From the NCBI RefSeq assembly GCF_009914755.1, contig NC_060925.1: a stretch of 64,000 nucleotides of DNA; one strand, written 5' to 3'. Origin of the DNA: the human T2T-CHM13v2.0 reference genome, Homo sapiens. The notes beneath the pieces were generated by a model. The model was given only the letters and a program-made list of their open reading frames with translations, was not told the origin of the DNA and did not search any database. The first letter of the stretch is position 1, and each line of letters starts with the position of its first letter. Positions 59,301 through 64,000 of this stretch are shown here, one piece after another. The position numbers and the translations under genes are program-made.

Positions 59301-62300
59301 AATCGAATGTAATCATCAACAAATGGAATCAAAAATAACCATCATCAATTGGTATTGAATGGAATTGTCATCAAATGGAATTCAAAGGAATCATCATCAA
59401 ATGGAACCGAATGGAATCCTCATTGAATGGAAATGAAAGGAGTCATCATCTAATGGAATCGCATGGAATCATCATCAAATGGAATCGAATGGAATCATCA
59501 TCAAATGGAATCTAATGGAATCATTGAACAGAATTGAATGGAATCGTCATCGAATGAATTGAATGCAATCATCGAATGGTCTCGAATGGAATCATCTTCT
59601 AATGGAAAGGAATGGAGTCATCGCATAGAATCGAGTGGAATTAACATTGAATGGACTCGAATGGAATCAACATCAAACGGAATCAAGCGGAATTATCGAA
59701 TGGAATCGAAGAGAATCATCGAATGGACTCGAATGGAATCATCTAATGGAATGGAATGGAATAATCCACGGACTCGAATGCAATCATCATCGTATAGAAT
59801 CGAATGGAATCATCGAATGGACTCGAATGCAATAATCATTGAACGGAATCGAATGGAATCATCATCGGATGGAAACGAATGGAATAATCATCGAATGGAA
59901 ATGAAAGGAGTCATCATCTAATGGAATTGCATGGAATCATCATAAAATGGAATCGAATGGAATCAACATCAAATGGAATCAAATGGAATCATTGAACGGA
60001 ATTTAATGGAATCGTCATCGAATGAATTGAATGTAATCATCGAATGGTCTCGAATGGAATCATCTTCAAATGGAATGGAATGGAATCATCGCATAGAATC
60101 GAATGGAATTATCATCGAATGGAATCGAATGGTATCAACATCAAAAGGAAAAAAACGGAATTATCGAATGGAATTGAAGAGAATCATCGAACGGACCCTA
60201 ATGGAATCATCTAATGGAATGGAATGGAATAATCCATGGACCCGAATGTAATCATCATCGAATGGAATCGAATGGAATCATCGAATGGACTCGAATGGAA
60301 TAATCATTGAACGGAATCAAATGGAATCATCATCACATGGAAACGAATGGAATCATCATGGAATGGAAATGAAAGGAGTCATCATCTAATGGAATTGCAT
60401 GGAATCATCATCAAATGGAATCGAATGGAATCAACATCAAATAGAATCAAATGGAATCATTGAACGGAATTGAATGGAATCGTAATCGAATGAATTGACT
60501 GCAATCATCGAATGGTCTCGAATGGAATCATCTTCAAATGAAATGGAATGGAATCATCGCATAGAATCGAATGGAATTATCATCGAATGGAATCAAATGT
60601 TATCAACATCAAATGGAAAAAAACGGAATTATCGCATGGAATCGAAGAGAATCATCGAATATACCCGAATGGAATCATCTAATGGAATGGAATGGAATAA
60701 TCCATGGACTCGAATGCAATCATCATCGAATGGAATCGAATGGAATCATCGAATGGAGTCGAATGGAATAATCATTGAACGGAATCGAATGGAATCATCA
60801 TCGGATGGAAATGAATGGAATCATCATCGAATGGAATCGAATAGAATTATGGAATGAAATCCAGTGTGATCATCATCGAATGGACCCGAATGGAATCATC
60901 ATCCAACGGAAGCTAATGGAATCAACATCGAATGAATCTAACAGAAACACCATCGAATTGAAATGAATGGAATTATCATGAAATTGTAATGGATGGACTC
61001 ATCATCGAATGGATTCGAATGGAATCATCGAATAAAATTGATTGAAATCATCATCAAATGGAATCAAATGGTATCATTGAATGGAATCGAATGAAATCGT
61101 CATCAGATGGAAATGAATGGAATCGTCATAGAATGGAATCGAATGGATTCATTGAATGGAATCAGATGGAATCATCGAATGGACTGGAATGGAATCATTG
61201 AATTTACTTGAAAGATATCATTATTGAATGGAATTGAATGGAATCATCGAATGGTCTCGATTGGAATCATTATCAAATAGAATCGAATGGAATCACCGAA
61301 TAGAATCAAAGGGAACAATCATCGAATGGACTCAAATGGAATTATCCTCAAATGGAATTCAATGGAATTATCGAATGCAATCCCATGGAATTATCGAATG
61401 CAATCGAATAGAATCATCGAATGGACTCGAATGGAATCATCGAATGGAATGGAATGGAACAGTCAATGAACACGAATGGAATCATCATTGAATGGAATCA
61501 AATGGAATCATCGAGTGGAATCGAATGGAATTTTGATCAAATGGAATCGAATGTAATCATCATCAAATGGAATCAAAAATAACCATCATCAATTGGTATT
61601 GAATGGAATTGTCATCAAGTGGAATTCAAAGGAATCATCATCAAATGGAACCGAATGGAATCCTCATTGAATGGAAATGAAAGGGGTCATCATCTAATGG
61701 AATCGCATGGAATCATCATCAAATGGAATCGAATGGAATTATCATCAAATGGAATCTAATGGAATCATTGAACAGAATTGAATGGAATCATCATCGAATG
61801 AATTGAATGCAATCATCGAATGGTCTCGAATGGAATCATCTTCTAATGGAAAGGAATGGAATCATCGCATAGAATCGAATGGAATTAACATTGAATGGAC
61901 TCGAATGGAATCAACATCAAACGGAATCAAGCGGAATTATCGAATGGAATCGAAGAGAATCATCGAATGGACTCGAATGGAATCATCTAATGGAATGGAA
62001 TGGAATAATCCCCGGACTCGAATGCAATCATCATCGTATAGAATCGAGTGGAATCATCGAATGGACTCGAATGGAATAATCATTGAATGGAATCGAATGG
62101 AATCATCATCGGATGGATACGAATGGAATCATCATCGAATGGAAGTGAAAGGAGTCATCATCTAATGGAATTGCATGGAATCATCATAAAATGGAATCGA
62201 ATGGAATCAACATCAAATGGAATCAAATGGAATCATTGAACGGAATTGAATGGAATCGTCATCGAATGAATTGAATGCAATCATCGAATGGTCTCAAATG

Positions 62301-63440
62301 GAATCATCTTCAAATGGAATGGAATGGAATCATCGCATAGAATCGAATGGAATTATCATGGAATGGAATCGAATGGTATCAACATCAAATGGAAAAAAAC
62401 GGAATTATCGAATGGAATCGAAGAGAATCATCGAACGGACCCGAATGGAATCATCTAATGGAATGGAATGGAATAATCCATGGACTCGAATGCAATCATC
62501 ATCGAATGGAATCGAATGGAATCATCGAATGGACTCGAATGGAATAATCATTGAACGGAATCGAATGGAATCATCATCGGATAGAAATGAATGGAATCAT
62601 CATCGAATGGAATCGAATAGAATTATGGAATGAAATCCAGTGTGATCATCATCGAATGGACCCGAATGGAATCATCATCCAACGGAAGCTAATGGAATCA
62701 ACATCGAATGAATCGAATGGAAACACCATCGAATTGAAACGAATGGAATTATCATGAAATTGAAATGGATGGACTCATCATCGAATGGATTCGAATGGAA
62801 TCATCGAATAAAATTGATTGAAATCATCATCAAATGGAATCGAATGGTATCATTGAATGGAATCGAATGGAATCATCATCAGATGGAAATGAATGGAATC
62901 GTCATAGAATGGAATCGAATGGATTCATTGAATGGAATCAGATGGAATCATCGAATGGACTGGAATGGAATCATTGAATGGACTCGAAAGGGATCATTAT
63001 TGAATGGAATTGAATGGAATCATCGAATGGTCTCGATTGGAATCATTACCAAATGGAATCGAATGGAATCACCGAATAGAATCGAATGGAACAATCATCG
63101 AATGGACTCAAATGGAATTACCCTCTAATGGAATCGAATGGAATTATCGAATGCACTCGAATGGAATTATCGAATGCATTCGAATAGAATCATCGAATGG
63201 ACTCGAATGGAATCATCGAATGGAATGGAATGGAACAGTCAATGAACTCCAATGGAATCATCATTGAATGGAATCGAATGGAATCATCGAGTGGAATCGA
63301 ATGGAATTATGATCAAATGGAATCGAATGTAATCATCAACAAATGGAATCAAAAATAACCATCATCAATTGGTATTGAATGGAATTGTCATCAAATGGAA
63401 TTCAAAGGAATCATCATCAAATGGAACCGAATGGAATCCT
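56340..63440 (+). repeat. About 4,020-bp two-unit (1776+2244) higher-order duplication, about 1.8 copies
   Basis: The offset steps 4006, 4007, 4017, 4020 across 1-, 10- and 3-bp deletions in the left copy. Shared CGTAATCG, AAATGTTATC, TCTAACAGAA, CTTGAAAGATATC, ATCCCCGG and GGATACG. Confidence 0.88.
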
Positions 63441-64000
63441 CATTGAATGGAAATGAAAGGGGTCATCATCTAATGGAATCGCATGGAATCATCATCAAAT
63501 GGAATCGAATGGAATCAACATCAAATGGAATCAAATGGAATCATTGAACGGAATTGAATGGAATCGTCATCGAATGAATTGAATGCAATCATCGAATGGT
63601 CTCGAATGGAATCATCTTCAAATGGAATGGAATGGAATCATCGCATAGAATCGAATGGAATTATCATCGAATGGAATCGAATGGAATCAACATCAAACGG
63701 AAAAAAACGGAATTATCGAATGGAATCGAAGAGAATCATCGAATGGACCCGAATGGAATCATCTAATGGAATGGAATGGAATAATCCATGGACTCGAATG
63801 CAATCATCATCGAATGGAATCGAATGGAATCATCGAATGGACTCGAATGGAATAATCATTGAACGGAATCGAATGGAATCATCATCGGATGGAAACGAAT
63901 GGAATCATAATCGAATGGAAATGAAAGGAGTCATCATCTAATGGAATTGCATGGAATCATCATCAAATGGAATCGAATGGAATCAACATCAAATGGAATC

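Larger units (their letters stand above)
1..64000 (+). repeat. Human satellite 2 (HSat2/HSATII) tandem array, GAATG strand, pericentromeric heterochromatin (probably chr1q12-type 1.77-kb family)
   Basis: Continuous GAATGGAATCGAATGGAATCATC(ATC) words from end to end (reverse complement CATTCGATTC, the HSat2 signature) with dense TCGA sites. Pure (GGAAT)n runs are only about 3 copies long, unlike HSat3. No inversion or foreign insert seen. Confidence 0.98.

Noticed and set aside
24-63941. Hundreds of + strand ORFs of 60-178 aa (MESSNGMEWN..., MKLKWMDSSSNGFEWNH...)
   Set aside because: These are translations of GAATGGAATC words. They overlap in all three frames, recur with the unit period and are broken at random by SNVs and indels. 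I see no recognisable domain. Their presence on + only fits the many TGA stops on the - strand (from TCA).
1-64000. CRISPR-like or other prokaryotic repeat system
   Set aside because: There are no unique spacers, leader or cas-like genes; everything between the repeats is the same satellite.
1-64000. Inversions, Alu/L1 insertions, alpha satellite or CENP-B boxes
   Set aside because: I saw no CATTC-strand segment, poly(A) tail or non-satellite sequence on reading the window.

Overview
The whole 64 kb window is one uninterrupted, single-orientation array of human classical satellite 2 (HSat2/HSATII), shown on its GAATG-rich strand. I find no genes, mobile elements, CRISPR arrays or unique DNA, and all the listed ORFs are by-products of the repeat. 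The array is hierarchical. Blocks of 10/13/16 bp (GAATGGAATC[ATC]0-2) make 23/26/49-bp words, these make a 468-bp subrepeat, and the subrepeat sits in a unit with one EcoRI site. That unit is 1,776 bp (2 subrepeats), about 2,244 bp (3 subrepeats) or about 1,308 bp (1 subrepeat). The 1.77-kb EcoRI period matches the classical chr1q12 D1Z1/pUC1.77 satellite; the chromosome assignment is an inference. Using the unit marker ATGAAATTGAAATGG and shared variants I could trace higher-order duplications: 5,377 bp (3 units), a near-perfect 13,070 bp (7 units, two copies), about 2,243 bp (about 2.7 copies), about 2,240 bp and about 4,020 bp. There is also a rearranged zone at 55.4-56.4 kb. The most interesting inference is that the common 1,776-bp units look like chimeric 468-bp deletion products of a 3-subrepeat 2,244-bp unit, formed more than once. 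I see no support for a new protein-coding system here; any novelty is in satellite structure and evolution. All comparisons were made by eye.
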